Below, one piece after another: positions 10,335 through 23,600 of a DNA stretch of 64,000 nucleotides. Source of the DNA: an uncultured Clostridia bacterium (GTDB taxonomy: Bacteria; Bacillota; Clostridia; TANB77; CAG-508); assembly GCA_947626555.1 (NCBI GenBank), contig CANQSP010000001.1, positions 42 through 64,041 of the forward strand, written 5' to 3'. Below the pieces are notes generated by a model, which did not search any database, had not been told where the DNA came from, and saw nothing but the letters and a program-made list of their open reading frames with translations. The translations under genes were made by a program, and so were the position numbers. Each line of letters opens with the position of its first letter. Position 1 is the first letter of the stretch.

Positions 10335-10556
10335 TAATAGTTAGTTTTTATATTAATTTTCCAATAAATTATAATAATTAATTTATAAAATGCAAAAAAT
10401 ATAATAAATAAAGGGTATGAACTAAAATGAAATATATAAAAATACATTTATAAAGTATTGAAGAAATAAAATGCCAATGATATAATAAATTAACATTATA
10501 TACAATATATTTTAATAGATATCAATAAAACAACAAGAAAGGAATTGATAATAAAT

Positions 10557-11987
10557 ATGAGAAAAACAAAAATAGTATGTACAATAGGACCAGCTACAGA
10601 AAAAGTTGAAATATTAAAAGAATTAATGAAACAAGGAATGAATGTTGCAAGAATTAATTTTTCACACGGTGGAATAGAAGAACAAAGAAAATATATAGAT
10701 GCCGTAAAGCAGGCAAGGCAAGAATTAGATTTACCAATAGCTTTACTATTAGATACACAAGGACCTGAAATAAGAACCGGAAAGCTTGAATATGCACCAG
10801 TAGTATTGGAAGCTGGAAATATATTTACTTTGGTAAATGAAGAAATAATAGGTGATAGTGCAAGAGTAAGTGTAACGTATAAAGAATTATATAAAGATTT
10901 AAAAGTAGGCTCTACAATTTTAATAGATGACGGAAAAATAGAATTAGAAGTAGTTGAAATAAAAGGAACGGATGTAGTTTGTAAAATAACGAATGGTGGT
11001 GAATTAGGTAATAGAAAAAGTATAAATTTACCAGGTACACATGTGAACTTACCATCTTTAAAAGATAAGGATATAAAAGATTTAATAGATGGATGTAAAG
11101 AAGATTTTGATTATGTAGCAGCATCTTTTATAAGAAATAAAGAAGATGTTCTTGCAATAAGAAATGTGCTAGATGAAAATGGTGGAAAGGATATTAAAAT
11201 TATATCAAAAATAGAAAATCAAGAAGGAATAGATAATTTTGATGATATATTACAAGTTTCAGATGGAGTTATGGTTGCTCGTGGTGATTTAGGAGTTGAA
11301 ATACCTTTTGAGGAAGTTCCAGTTATGCAAAAGAAATTTATACAAAAATGTAATGATGTAGGAAAACTTGTTATAACTGCAACTCAAATGTTAGAAACAA
11401 TGACAGTTAATCCAACTCCTACAAGAGCAGAAATAAGTGATGTTGCAAATGCTATATTTGATGTAACAGGAGCAATAATGTTATCAGGCGAAAGCGCAAT
11501 GGGAAAATATCCTGTAGAATGTGTAAAAACAATGGTTAGAATTGCAAATGCAGTTGAAAAAGATATAAGATATTGGAGAAGATATCAAAGAAGAGAGATG
11601 GATTTATCACAATTAGATTATGAATTTAATTTATGTCGTTCAGTTACATTAACTGCAATGGAAATGAATGCTAGGGCAATATTTGCATATACACAAACAG
11701 GAAATACACCTAGAATGCTTGCAAGTTTGTTACCTGCATGTCCAATATATGCGTTTACATCAAGTGAAAAAACATATAAACAATTAGCATTAGCTTGGAA
11801 TACTACACCTATTTTGATAAAAGATAAAATAGAACCAAATGATGTAATTTCAGAGGGGATAGAAGAAGCAATAAGAAGAAATTATGTAGAAAAGGGTGAT
11901 ATAGTTGTGCTTGCAGGAGGAGCATCTGTTATTGCAAATCGCCATGATGCAATAAATAGAACTATCGGTGGAGTTCTAAAAATATAG
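10557..11987 (+). CDS. pyk: pyruvate kinase
   Basis: MRKTKIVCTIGPAT..., FSHG, MVARGDLG motifs; ATG 10557 preferred over TTG 10545. Confidence 0.92.
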   Translation: MRKTKIVCTIGPATEKVEILKELMKQGMNVARINFSHGGIEEQRKYIDAVKQARQELDLPIALLLDTQGPEIRTGKLEYAPVVLEAGNIFTLVNEEIIGDSARVSVTYKELYKDLKVGSTILIDDGKIELEVVEIKGTDVVCKITNGGELGNRKSINLPGTHVNLPSLKDKDIKDLIDGCKEDFDYVAASFIRNKEDVLAIRNVLDENGGKDIKIISKIENQEGIDNFDDILQVSDGVMVARGDLGVEIPFEEVPVMQKKFIQKCNDVGKLVITATQMLETMTVNPTPTRAEISDVANAIFDVTGAIMLSGESAMGKYPVECVKTMVRIANAVEKDIRYWRRYQRREMDLSQLDYEFNLCRSVTLTAMEMNARAIFAYTQTGNTPRMLASLLPACPIYAFTSSEKTYKQLALAWNTTPILIKDKIEPNDVISEGIEEAIRRNYVEKGDIVVLAGGASVIANRHDAINRTIGGVLKI

Positions 11988-12102
11988 TTTTAACTAAACC
12001 AAAGAAATGAGATTCTTAAAGCTATAAATTATTAATAAAAATATTAAATGTATGAATATTTTAAAGAAAGTAATAAATAGTTATGGAAAGGAATAATTGT
12101 TT

Positions 12103-12496
12103 ATGATAGATATAAAAAATTTAATTGAAGTTGCAAAACAAGCAAGAAATAATGCTTATGCTCCATATTCAAATTATAAAGTAGGATGTGCTTTAGTTTC
12201 TAAAAATCGGAAAAGTTTTTTCTGGTTGCAATATAGAAAATGGTGGTATAATGTCAATTTGTGCTGAAAGAGTAGCCTTTTCGAAGGCAATTTCTGAAGG
12301 AGAAAAAAATTTTGAATGTTTACTGGTTTTAGGTGGAAAAGAAAATCTAATATATACTTCTCCATGTGGATATTGTAGGCAATTTATTTCAGAATTTTGC
12401 GATAAAAATTTTAAAATTTATATTTATTATGAAGATGGAAAAATTATTGAGAAGACTTTAGAAGAATTATTGCCAGATAATTTTGAATTAAAATAG
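12103..12496 (+). pseudogene. cdd: cytidine deaminase with +1 frameshift (inserted C at ~12208)
   Basis: N-part MIDIKNLIEVAKQARNNAYAPYSNYKVGCALVSKN then frame change; C-part (ORF 12251-12496) carries CAERVA...PCGYCRQ zinc motifs; deleting C12208 restores ...[27 protein letters not shown]. Confidence 0.8.
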
Positions 12497-12531
12497 ATAA
12501 TAAAATTGCTAAAAAAGAAAATCAAAAAAGT

Positions 12532-12570
12532 GAACCCTCCGTATTAAACCTAATATGAAGGGTTTTTTAT
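12532..12570. terminator. bidirectional terminator between convergent cdd and hlyIII
   Basis: AACCCTCC...GAAGGGTT stem with A-tract upstream and T-tract downstream. Confidence 0.5.
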
Positions 12571-12613
12571 ATATTCCATTTTTAATTTATAACTGTTTAG
12601 TAACATGTAAACG

Positions 12614-13276
12614 CTATATATATAATAGATATCTAAATATAAACCAATACTGGCAAAAACTACCTAGCATTACGAAAATATGAAATATTTCATGAAATCC
12701 AAAATACTTAGTAGTAAAAGGAGCTTTCTTTAGCCCATATATAACTCCTCCTATTGTATAGAATATACCGCCAGCTAATAACCATAGTAATGAAGAAGTA
12801 GCATTTAATTCATTAAAAGTTTTTAGTAAAGGATAAAGCATAATAACTACTAACCAACCCATTCCTATATAAATAGAAGTTGTAAGCCAACGAGGGGCTT
12901 TAATCCAAACAGCTGTGAAGATTGTGCCTAAAATAGCTAGTCCCCATACTATTCCAAAAATTGTCCAACCCCAAGGTCCACGTAATGGTCCTAAACATAT
13001 TGGAGTGTAGGTAGAAGCAATTAAAATATATATCATTATATGGTCAAATTTTTTTAATACTCTAGTTGCTCGTTCCTTTAAGTTTAAAAGATGATATAGG
13101 GAGCTAAAGGTGTATAAAAGAAGTAATCCTGTTCCAAAAACTATAAAAGTAACTATATCCCAAGCACCTTCTCCATATAAAGATGAATATACTATTAATA
13201 ATATTAAACCTACTAAAGCTAATATAGCACCTATTAAGTGAGAAATACCACTAACAGGGTCTTTTATTTTTTTCAA
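12614..13276 (-). CDS. hemolysin-III family channel protein (PAQR/HlyIII)
   Basis: 7-TM protein with HxxxH-like conserved histidines; likely TTG start at 13276 after GTAAGGAGTG RBS (ORF track extends to 13312). Confidence 0.75.
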   Translation of the reverse strand: MKKIKDPVSGISHLIGAILALVGLILLIVYSSLYGEGAWDIVTFIVFGTGLLLLYTFSSLYHLLNLKERATRVLKKFDHIMIYILIASTYTPICLGPLRGPWGWTIFGIVWGLAILGTIFTAVWIKAPRWLTTSIYIGMGWLVVIMLYPLLKTFNELNATSSLLWLLAGGIFYTIGGVIYGLKKAPFTTKYFGFHEIFHIFVMLGSFCQYWFIFRYLLYI

Positions 13277-13417
13277 TGAAATCACACTCCTTACAGTATG
13301 ATTATAGCACAATTTGCCAACATTTAAAACATTTTTTTAATCTAAAAGTATTTTTTTATGTATTCATGATATATTTAGCTTTTCATAATTGTATTTAATG
13401 TTGTTAGTGAAAGGAAA

Positions 13418-14401
13418 TTATTTATTATAATTAGACATTTCATGTATAATAAAGTTAAAAATATCATTACATGAACCTACAGCTGTGCAACCAGATGAAT
13501 AAGAATGTCCACCACCTTTTAATAATTTTCCTTCAGAAACAAGTTTACAGCAAATGGCATTTAAGTCAATGTTATTATTAAAAGTACGCAAAGAACCTCT
13601 AAACTCTCCATTATTATTTTCAATCAATAAAATTAAAGAAGAATATTTTATTGAATTTTGAAGTTCGGAGATGATAGCTTTATGATTAAGTGTATTCAAA
13701 CTTTTTTCAGAATCTAGCAAATCTTTTTGTAATAAATATGTGCAAAAAATAGAATTATTTGAAATGGAATGAAAACATCCTCTTTTTTTTGCAATTTCAG
13801 TTAACTGTATTGTTCTATCACTTGCAGAAGAAATTTTAGATGAAATAGAGTCTATATTAATATTAAGATTTTTCAGTTCATTTATAAGATTAATAGTTCT
13901 ATTTGTTATGTTTAAGGTTAAGTTGGATGTATCAGAGATTAAGCCTGTAGCAATGCACTCAAGAAATTCTTTTCTAGTACAATGTAAAGATTCATATATT
14001 ATACAAGTACAAGATGGAGCAGATGAATCAATAATACTATAAGTAGATTTTATTGATGTTTGTTCATGATGATCAAAACAAATAGAGGTTTTAGCATAAT
14101 TTAAAACATTAACACATTGTATTCTAGACATATTAGAGCAATCTACAACAATTACTACATCATATTGTTCTTTTTGGGGTTCTTTCTTTAAATTTTCAAT
14201 TCCTGGAACGAAGGAGAAATCGCTAATAAATTCAGGAATAATAATATCAATATTAGTAGCTTTTTTACCAATATCAATTAAATACCAAAATATTGAAAGG
14301 GAGCTGGAAATAGCATCTCCATCTGGCCTTATGTGAGTAATAATAGCAAAAGTTTCGGCTTTAGCAATAATTTTAGATAAATTAGTTAAAATGTTATTCA
14401 T
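13418..14401 (-). CDS. DHH/DHHA1 phosphoesterase, NrnA-like nanoRNase/pAp phosphatase
   Basis: HIRPDGDAISS (DHH motif I), CFDHH, GGGHSYSSG (DHHA1); second ATG (14401) aligns with NrnA N-termini. Confidence 0.75.
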   Translation of the reverse strand: MNNILTNLSKIIAKAETFAIITHIRPDGDAISSSLSIFWYLIDIGKKATNIDIIIPEFISDFSFVPGIENLKKEPQKEQYDVVIVVDCSNMSRIQCVNVLNYAKTSICFDHHEQTSIKSTYSIIDSSAPSCTCIIYESLHCTRKEFLECIATGLISDTSNLTLNITNRTINLINELKNLNINIDSISSKISSASDRTIQLTEIAKKRGCFHSISNNSIFCTYLLQKDLLDSEKSLNTLNHKAIISELQNSIKYSSLILLIENNNGEFRGSLRTFNNNIDLNAICCKLVSEGKLLKGGGHSYSSGCTAVGSCNDIFNFIIHEMSNYNK

Positions 14402-14560
14402 ATAGACCTCCATTTATAAAGTTAAGTTAAAAATCAACTATATTATAAATGAATAAAATCCTTTATACAACAAAAAATAACATTTTTTTGCAATATTAAT
14501 TTTATATAATATAAAGAATTTTATTTTCAAAATACGGTGTCAGCATTTTACCGAAGAATG

Positions 14561-14589
14561 TTGACTTTTGTCATAAAATTTAATAAAAT
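14561..14589 (+). promoter_or_regulatory. promoter of giant surface-protein gene (TTGACT-17-TAAAAT) overlapped by palindromes
   Basis: -35 14561-14566, -10 14584-14589; inverted repeat GTCAGCATT...AATGTTGAC (14540-14566) and TGACttttGTCA (14562-14573) overlap -35. Confidence 0.5.
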
Positions 14590-14637
14590 TAAAGTGTATA
14601 CTATGCATAATATAGTATTAAGTGAAAATAAAAAAGG

Positions 14638-17600
14638 ATGATGGAGAATATGAAAAAAATAACATTTTTTTTAATTACTATGATTCTATCTTTAGCTGTT
14701 GCAACAAGTGTAAATGCAGTAGAAAATATAGAATTAAAAACTTCTAAAGATAAAGTAAATTTAGGAGAAGAAATTATAGTTTCATTAGACTTAAATATAG
14801 AAAATAAAGAGGAAACATCTTTATATGCTTATACTGCGAAGTTAAGTTATGATAAGGATGTTTTTGAAGTAATTGATGAATCTGATTTTGAAGAAAGTGA
14901 AAATTGGTCTGATATTACTTACAATAAAAGGAATAACAAATTTGCATTGATTAATAAAAAAGGAGAGACCGACGAAAGTATTTTAAAAATCAAGCTAAAA
15001 GTTAGAAAAAATGCTACCCCTGGAAATACTTCTATTACTGTAAATAGTATTACTGCATCAGATGGAAAAAAAGACATACCAATAGAAGGCAAAACAGTTG
15101 ATGTTATGGTAATAAAAACTGGGCTAGCAGAAGGTGAAAGCATTCCGTTAAATAAAACAAATGAAGTTGTAGAAGATACATCCAATATTGAAGTGGGAAA
15201 AGATTTCTCATGGATTGCTTATATACTTATAGCCTTAATAATTGTTATATTCATATTCACAATCTATTATTATATAAGTAGTAAAAAAAGAAATACTTCA
15301 AAAAATAAGAGAATCACAATTATGGTAGCATCTATTATAATTTTAGTTATTTTATTAATTACTACGATAATTCTGTTAACTGATAAAAAAGCAGATGTTA
15401 ATAAAGACGGTAAAGTTGATTATGATGATACAAAAGATATAATAGAATATTTGTTAGAAATAAAAAATCCACAAGAAGATGAAAATTTAAGTGATAAAGA
15501 TATAAACAAAGATGGACAGATTACAATAGGGGATGTTGCAGCATCTACTAATCAAGCAACAAATCAAGACTATCATGCTAATGTAAATGGCTCAAATAAT
15601 AACAGTAATACTAATGGAAGCACTAATAATCAAAGTAGTGAAGCTAATGCGAGCAAGCCAAATAACCCAAGTAATTCAACTAATCCAAGCGAACCAAGTA
15701 ATCCAAACGAACCAAGTAACCCAAGTGGTTCAACTAATCCAAATGAACCAAGTAATCCAACCAATCCAACCGAGCCAAGTAATCCAGCCAATCCAAACGA
15801 ACCGGACAATCCAGATAATCCAAACATCCCAAGTGAACCAACTAAGCCAGATAATCCTAATACCCCAAGTGACCCAACTAAACCAGATAATCCAAACACT
15901 CCAAGTGAACCTACTAAACCAGAAGAGCAATACTCATCAGTTGTAGAAACTACAACAGTAAGTAACCTTACTCCAAAGAAAGGTCAAGAAATAACATTAG
16001 ATTTATATATTGATGTAACACCATATACTGAAATTGAAGCTATTGAAATAGAAGGAAAATCGTATAAAGTAACAAAGGTTGAAGAACCTTCTGTAAGAAT
16101 AGCAAGTCTTGTACCAGTGAAATTTAAAGCAATTGCATCAAACATAAACGGAGGAGAAAATAATCATTATAAGGTAACAATACAAGCACCAACATCAGCA
16201 GGGGTACAGGATATACATATTACAAAAATAGAATTAGATAATGGAAAGAAAGTAAGTATAGACTATAGTGTTAAAGTAGATGTATTAAAAGATGCACCTA
16301 AAGTAAATGATTTTTATATTGATGATAAAAATGAGATTCCAGAAATAAGTTTTAACATTGAAGATTCAGATGGTGCTTTTAAAGGTGGAAAATTTAGTAT
16401 TACTGATGTAGATGGCAATGTTGTTTTTGTGTCAGAGAATATAAAAGTAGGTAAAAATACATTTAGTGCAAACTTAGAGGATGGAAAAACTTATCATTAT
16501 GATTTAGTAGCTGATTATGACTTAGACCATGATTATTTTGCTGAGAATATTGCGCCAAATCATAGAGAAGAAAAAGATTTTATAGATGATATTATTGAAG
16601 ATGAAGAAGGAAATCTTGAATTTACGAGAGAATATAATTTCTTAAGTAAAAATATGATGATAACTCCAGAAGTATCTAGTGAAGATGAACTAATACTTTC
16701 ATTTGAAAATGGTGCAGAATCATATTATAAAGTAACTTATGTAAAAGTAAATGGAGTAGAATATGAAGTTAAATTAGAAAATGGAAAATATATAACCAAA
16801 TTAAAGAAAGGAAGCAAAGGAAACAATACAATAACAGTAGAATCTGTTAAACTTGAAAATGGACATATTTTTACAGTTAATCAAACTTTTAGCTATGTAT
16901 ATTTAAAAGATAAACCAACAATAGGAGATATAGAAGTTAAATTAGAAGAAGGTAATTTGCATGTAAGTGCTCCTATAACGGACCAAGATAATACAATAAA
17001 AAGTGTTCAAGTTAAAATTAAAGACCAAAATGGAAATGTAATTAAAACAGAGAAATTAAATAAAAATTCAAATAATGGTTTATATTTGAATGATATAGAA
17101 ATAGATGTATCTGGAAAATATACAGTAGAAGTAGAAGTAACCTATGATTTAGGAAATGGAAAAGAAAATAAAGTAAGTAAAATATATGCTAAAAATATTA
17201 CTGAACCAATAAAGGCAACTATTTTAAAAGAACAATCTAGTATGGCTGAATATGCTACTAGAGGGAAAAAAGTAGAAGCAATTTATACTATAGAAGATAA
17301 TACAGAAAAAGAAGTAACCCATATAACCATAAATGGAGTAAAAATACCTGCAACTAAGTTAAGCGATGAAAAATATAAAGTAGAATTTTTAGCACCTAGT
17401 GAAAGACCACAAAATGGTAAAACTACAATAATAGCATCAGAATTATATTATAAAGATGAAGTAGAGCCAATAGAAGTAGAATGTGCATTTGAAATTGAAA
17501 TATTAAAATCTGTACCTACTATTGAAGATTTGCATATAAATGATTCAAGAGAAAAGCCAGAAATAAATTTTGTGCTTGTTGATGCTGAAAATGCCTTTAT

Positions 17601-20600
17601 AAGTGGAAAAATAATTATTACAGATGAGAATGAAAATAAAGTTACAGAAATAGAAATGTCTTTAATTGATACAGAAAATGGAATACAAACATATACCTTA
17701 GACAATATAGAGCAGGGTAAAGGCTATGAAATATCAATAGAAGCAACATACGATTTAGATATAGATAGAACAAATAATAAAAATGAAGAAACCAAAATAA
17801 TTAAAACTCATAAATTTAAAATTGAAAAAGATTATGAATTTACATTAAGTGATTTTAAATTTATAAACATAGAAAATGAAAAAGTAACTTTACAATTTAC
17901 AAGCACCAATAAAACAGAATATATTATTGAAAAAGTTGAAATAGAATTAAACGGAATTAGACATGAATATAAAGTTATAAAAAACGGAGATAATTATACA
18001 ATAGAAATTCCATTAACTGATATAAATAATACAAGAACAGAATTGACACTAGAAGAAGTTATATTAAGTAATTTAAAAGAATTTAACAGAGAAACGGATT
18101 TTGAATTATTTAGTAGCTTAGAAAAACAAGTAATATTTAAAAACAAGCCTACGGCAACAATAGGAAATGTTATAGTAAATGAAGAAGAAACACAGATAAT
18201 TGTAAGCAATATTAGTATAGAAGATACAGATAATGCATTACTTTCAGATAAACTTACAGTACAACTAAGAGATATAAATGGTACAGTTGTGGATAGTAAA
18301 AATATTAGTAGAACTGATACAGCAGTAACATTTGATTATAATAAAGCAGGAGACTACAAAGTAGTCATAGTTGCAGATTATGATATTGTTGACTTACAAA
18401 ATCATACAAATGAAGAGATTGCACAATCATCTATTATAACAATACATATAAAAGCAGAAATTATTAACAGCGAATTTAATAAATATCCAAACAAGAAAGA
18501 GCAAATGACAATAAAATACACAATAAAAGACAACACAAATAAAGATGTAACAGCAATTTATTTTAATGATATAAGGGTTGATGCAGTAAAACTAGGAGAA
18601 GATTTATATGAAGTAGTATACATTGCTCCAACAGAACATGGAAAGAAGTCAATTACTGCTAGTGAATTATATTATGGTGAAGAAGAAGTAGATGTAGTTG
18701 ATAAGAATGATGAAATAGATGTATTAAAAGATAAGCCAATAATTTCTAATTTTAAAGTTGTTACAGCAGGAGATAAGCCTAAGGCAACATTCGATATTAT
18801 AGATACTGATAATTCTTTTGTAGACGGAAAAATTATTATTAAAAATAAGGCTAATGATTCAATTAAAGAAGTTATAATTGTAAAAAATGATACAGGAATT
18901 ATAACAGAATATGAACTAGAAATTGATTCATTTGAACAATATGAAGTTAAATTACAAATAAATTATGATTTAGACTCTAATATTTTACCTTCACAAGGAG
19001 AAAATGATAATGTAGGAATACTTGAACAAGTTATAGAAATTGTTGAAGATATACAACCTTCTAAATTACAAATAAATGACTTAAAACTAAAAGAGGTAAA
19101 TGAAGAACAAGAAACAATAACACTAGAATTTACAAGCAAAAATCCATCTAAACATCATATAGCAAAAGTTAAGTTAGAGGGAAAAGAAGAAGAATTCTAT
19201 GTAACATATGATGAAGCAAGCGATACATATACATTAGTTTTACCATATAATAATGGAGAAAAAGAAACAATAACAATAGAAAAAGTTATTTTGGATAATG
19301 ATACACAAGATGAAGTAATTCTAGAGGAAAAAGCAAGTATCGAATTATTTAAAACAAAGCCTACAGTTCAAGAATTACGAGCTACTTATAATAAAGAAAC
19401 CAAAGTTATAAGTGCAACATTACTTATTAAGGATACGGATAATATAGTTACTAAGGCTTATGCTAAAGTTATTTGTCCAGATGGCGAAGAAAAGACTCAA
19501 GAAGAAGTTACATTAGAAAATAAATCAGGAGAGGTAACATTTGAAAATATAACTAAGGCTGGAACATATAAAGTTGAAATATTAGCAGACTTTAATGCAT
19601 TAGATGGAAAAATACATAATTCCGAAACTCTTGAATTAGAAGATAATGTAACAGATGAAGTATATGTTGAGATAAAAGTTAATGCAGTTTCTACAATAGA
19701 ACTTTCTAATAAGTATCCAGAAAAAGGTGGAACTGTTCAAGTAACATACAACATTGAAGACAATACAGATGAAAAAATAACAGCTATAGAGTATGGTGCA
19801 ACACATATAGCAAATAATCTTGAAGAGATAGACGGAAATTATAAAGCTATTCTTGGAGAGGAATTTACAGCTCAAGCAGGTGTAAGTACACTAAAAATAA
19901 CAAAAATACATTATGGAGATAAAATAATAGATGTAACACATGAGGGTGACAAGATAGATGTTTTAAAAGAAAAAATTTCATTTAATGAAAATACATTTAC
20001 TTCTACAGAAAATTTAGAAAAATCAACTGTTGCATTTACATTTGATATTATAAACCCTGATAATGCAATTATAGATGGAACAGCTTCTGTAGGAGAAAGT
20101 ATACAGAATTTTTCAAAAGCTCAGAATACATTAATATTTAATGTGGAAAAAAATAAAACATTAGAATTATTAATTAAAGTAAATTATGACAGAGATACAA
20201 ACACAATAGTTGAAGATGAAAATAAAAATGTTGAAACGTTAACAGTTGTAAAAGAATTTTCTTTAGATGAAGATATGGAATTTGATATAACGGATATATA
20301 CACAAGTAAAGTAAATACTGAAACATTACAAGAAACAAACACACAATACTTTAATAAAGGAGAAGAATTTAGAGTAAACTTTAAAACTGCTACAAATTCA
20401 GCACTTAAAGTATCCTACGTAACAATTGGTGGAACGAAATATAATGCACAAGAAATAAATAGTGAAGCAAACATAGAAGAAGTTGAAGGATACTATGCAA
20501 TTGTTAAAGCATCAGAAAGTGAAAAAGGAGTAAAAGAATTAAACATAGATTCTGTTACTTTATCAGATGGAAAAGTTATAACACTTGAAAATAAAAACTT

Positions 20601-23600
20601 AAAATATGAAATATTAAAAGATAAGCCTATTATAAATACATTTAATGTAAGCAATATAGGAACAGATGTCAATATTTTAGTAGATGTACTAGATCCAGAT
20701 GATGCATTAAAAGAGACGGCAAAAGTCACAATAACAGACAATTCAAATGGAGAAGAATTATTTAATAGCCCAATTATAAAAGGTACAAATCATTATGAAT
20801 ATAAAGCAGAACTTAATAAAGAATATTTAATTAAAGTTATAAATGGATATGACTTGGATTCAAATGAACTAAATGTTGGAAGTGAAAACTTAAATGTATA
20901 TGAAGAACTATATACACAACAACTTTTAAAAATAGAGGATACGGCTAAATTTTCAGCAGTTCATGTAACAGTACCAAGTATTGTAACAGATGATGATGAA
21001 AACGTAATACTAACTTTTGAAAATGTATACCAATCAATTTATGATGTTAAAGAAGCTACTATAAATGGAATTCCATATACAGTCACAAAAGAAGATAATG
21101 TATACAAAGTAGTTTTAGAAAAAGGAGAAAAAGGTGACAATATATTAAAATTTACATCAGTAAAGCTTTCAAATGATTCTGTATTTGAAGTTAATAGAAA
21201 TATAAAATATTTATATGAAAATGTAAGACCAATAGCTGAAAATATAGAAATAAATGAAGTTCGTAGTGAAGATATGGTAAAAGCTACATTTACAGTTAAT
21301 GATAAAGATGAAGCAACTGAAAAACTATATGCAAGGTTATACAATAGTAATGGAGTTCAAATAGAAGAAACTGAATTAGACAAAAATGCTACAGAAGTTA
21401 GTTTCTCATTGCCAAAAGCATATAAATATAGTATTGATATTTTAGCTGATTATGATAAAGGTAATGGAACAAATTATGAAAAAATTGTAATTGGTTCTAA
21501 AGTTCACGAAGTTGGACCGGTTGTAGAAATAACTGAATTTAAAACAGAAGATAAAAAATTCTTTGAAAAAGATGAAGAAAACGTAAAACTTATATATAAA
21601 ATAAATACAAATATAGATGAGAATGTAAGACTATTTAGAATAAATGGAGTAACATATGATGCAGAAAAAATAGATACGGATACTTATAGAGTGTTATTTG
21701 ATGGTGTTGGAAATCAAGGAGGAACTTTAACTTTAGAAGTACAACAGATTGTATTTGAGAAGACAATGCATAAATTAGAAAACTATTATAAGTCAACTAT
21801 TGAAGTCTTGAGGCAAAAGCCAGAAGTTTCACAGGTAATAGCCGAAAATAAAGATGGCAAATTCGAACTATCATTTAAAATGAAAGATGATGATGAGGCT
21901 CTAACAGGAAACATTAATTTAAGAATACTAGACGAAGAAGAACAAGTTTATTTAGAAGAAAATATACAATTAAATGATAAACAATATAATAAAATTATAG
22001 ATAATTTACAATTTAATAAGGATTACAAGATAATTATAACTGCAAATTATGACTTAGATGGTGATTTAACAGGTAATGGTAATGAATATACAGGTGAGCA
22101 ACTTTTAGAACAAACAATTAAGGTTGAAAATAATATAGAGTACAACTTTAAATTTAGTGATTTTGGACTTATGACTCCAGATATGCCATTAGCATGGCCA
22201 GGATATCCATTATATTTACAATTTATAAGTACAAACGATTCTCAATATAAAGTAGACTCAATTGTTTTAAATGGAGTAGGATATAAAGTTGAAGAAATGT
22301 ATGGATTATATATGATATCAGAATATATTCCTGAAATAAAAAGTGGTATTCAAGAAGTTAAAGCAGAAAAAGTAATATTAAGTAATGGTAAAGCTTTTGA
22401 TATAAATGGTGAGGAAAATAAAGCTAAATTTGAAGTATTAAGAGATTATCCTAAGGCTAGTATTTTATCAATGACAGAAGATACAGAAAGAGGAAAACTA
22501 AAGATTGTATTTCAAATTCGAGATGATTTTAATACAATTAAGGATCCTACAGATATTAAAGTTTTAATATATAGTAGTGACTCAGATGAACCATATCAAA
22601 CCAAAAAAATCTCTATAGGTGATACAGAAGTTGAACTTGATACACCATTAGCCTCTGAATATGTTATAGAATTTTTAGCTGATGCTACAGTTTCAGAATT
22701 GATGCCTGAATATAACCAATTAAACTCTAAATTAGTTGAAAAAACATTTGAAGCTAAACAAAGTACTGTTATTACAGAAGTAAAACCAGAGACATATTAT
22801 CCTGAAAAAGGTGCAATTTTTGGAGTAAATTATAAGATTTTAACATTAAGTAAGAAAAAGGTAGTTGCAATAACTATAAATGGACAGAGAAGTATAGTTG
22901 ATGAAAATGGTACAAATACTTATAAAGCATGTCTTTCAGCAAATAATGAAGCAGGTTTAATGACATTTACAACATCTACAATAGAATTTGAAGATGGGTC
23001 AACAGTTGATTTTAAAGCAAGTGACCAAGTAGAAGTAATAAAAGAATTACCAATAATTACAAATCTTACAAGAACAGATAATTTTGATGAAAAATCTGCA
23101 ACATTTACATTTAATGTAGAAGATCCTGATGGAATAATAAATGAAGGTGGAACATTTAAAGGAAGTATTAATGGGCAAAATAAAGATTTAAATATTGGTG
23201 AGAATTCTATGACATTTACAAATCTAACGCCTAATGCCAATATAGAGTTCAATGTTATTGGTACTTATGATTTAGATACAAATGCATTAAATAGTGTTAC
23301 AGGAAAGAATGATAATAATCATATAGGAGATAAAATCTTTACAAGACAATTCTTATTTACTGAAAATAATGACTTATATAGAGTTACAAAACTAGAAACA
23401 CAAAAAAATAATAAACAAAATACTTATTTTGAAAAGGATGATGAAATAAGACTAAAATTTAACTTTATTTGGGTAGATGACACATATGTAGAAAAAGCAA
23501 AAGTTAACGGAGAAACTTATGATGCTTACAAAAATGGCGAAGATTATACTATTGTTTTAAATAAAATGACCGATGTAGGAATACATGAAATTAAATTAGA

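Noticed and set aside
12251-12496. Stand-alone 81-aa CDS
   Set aside because: It is the C-terminal half of a frameshifted cdd, not an independent gene.
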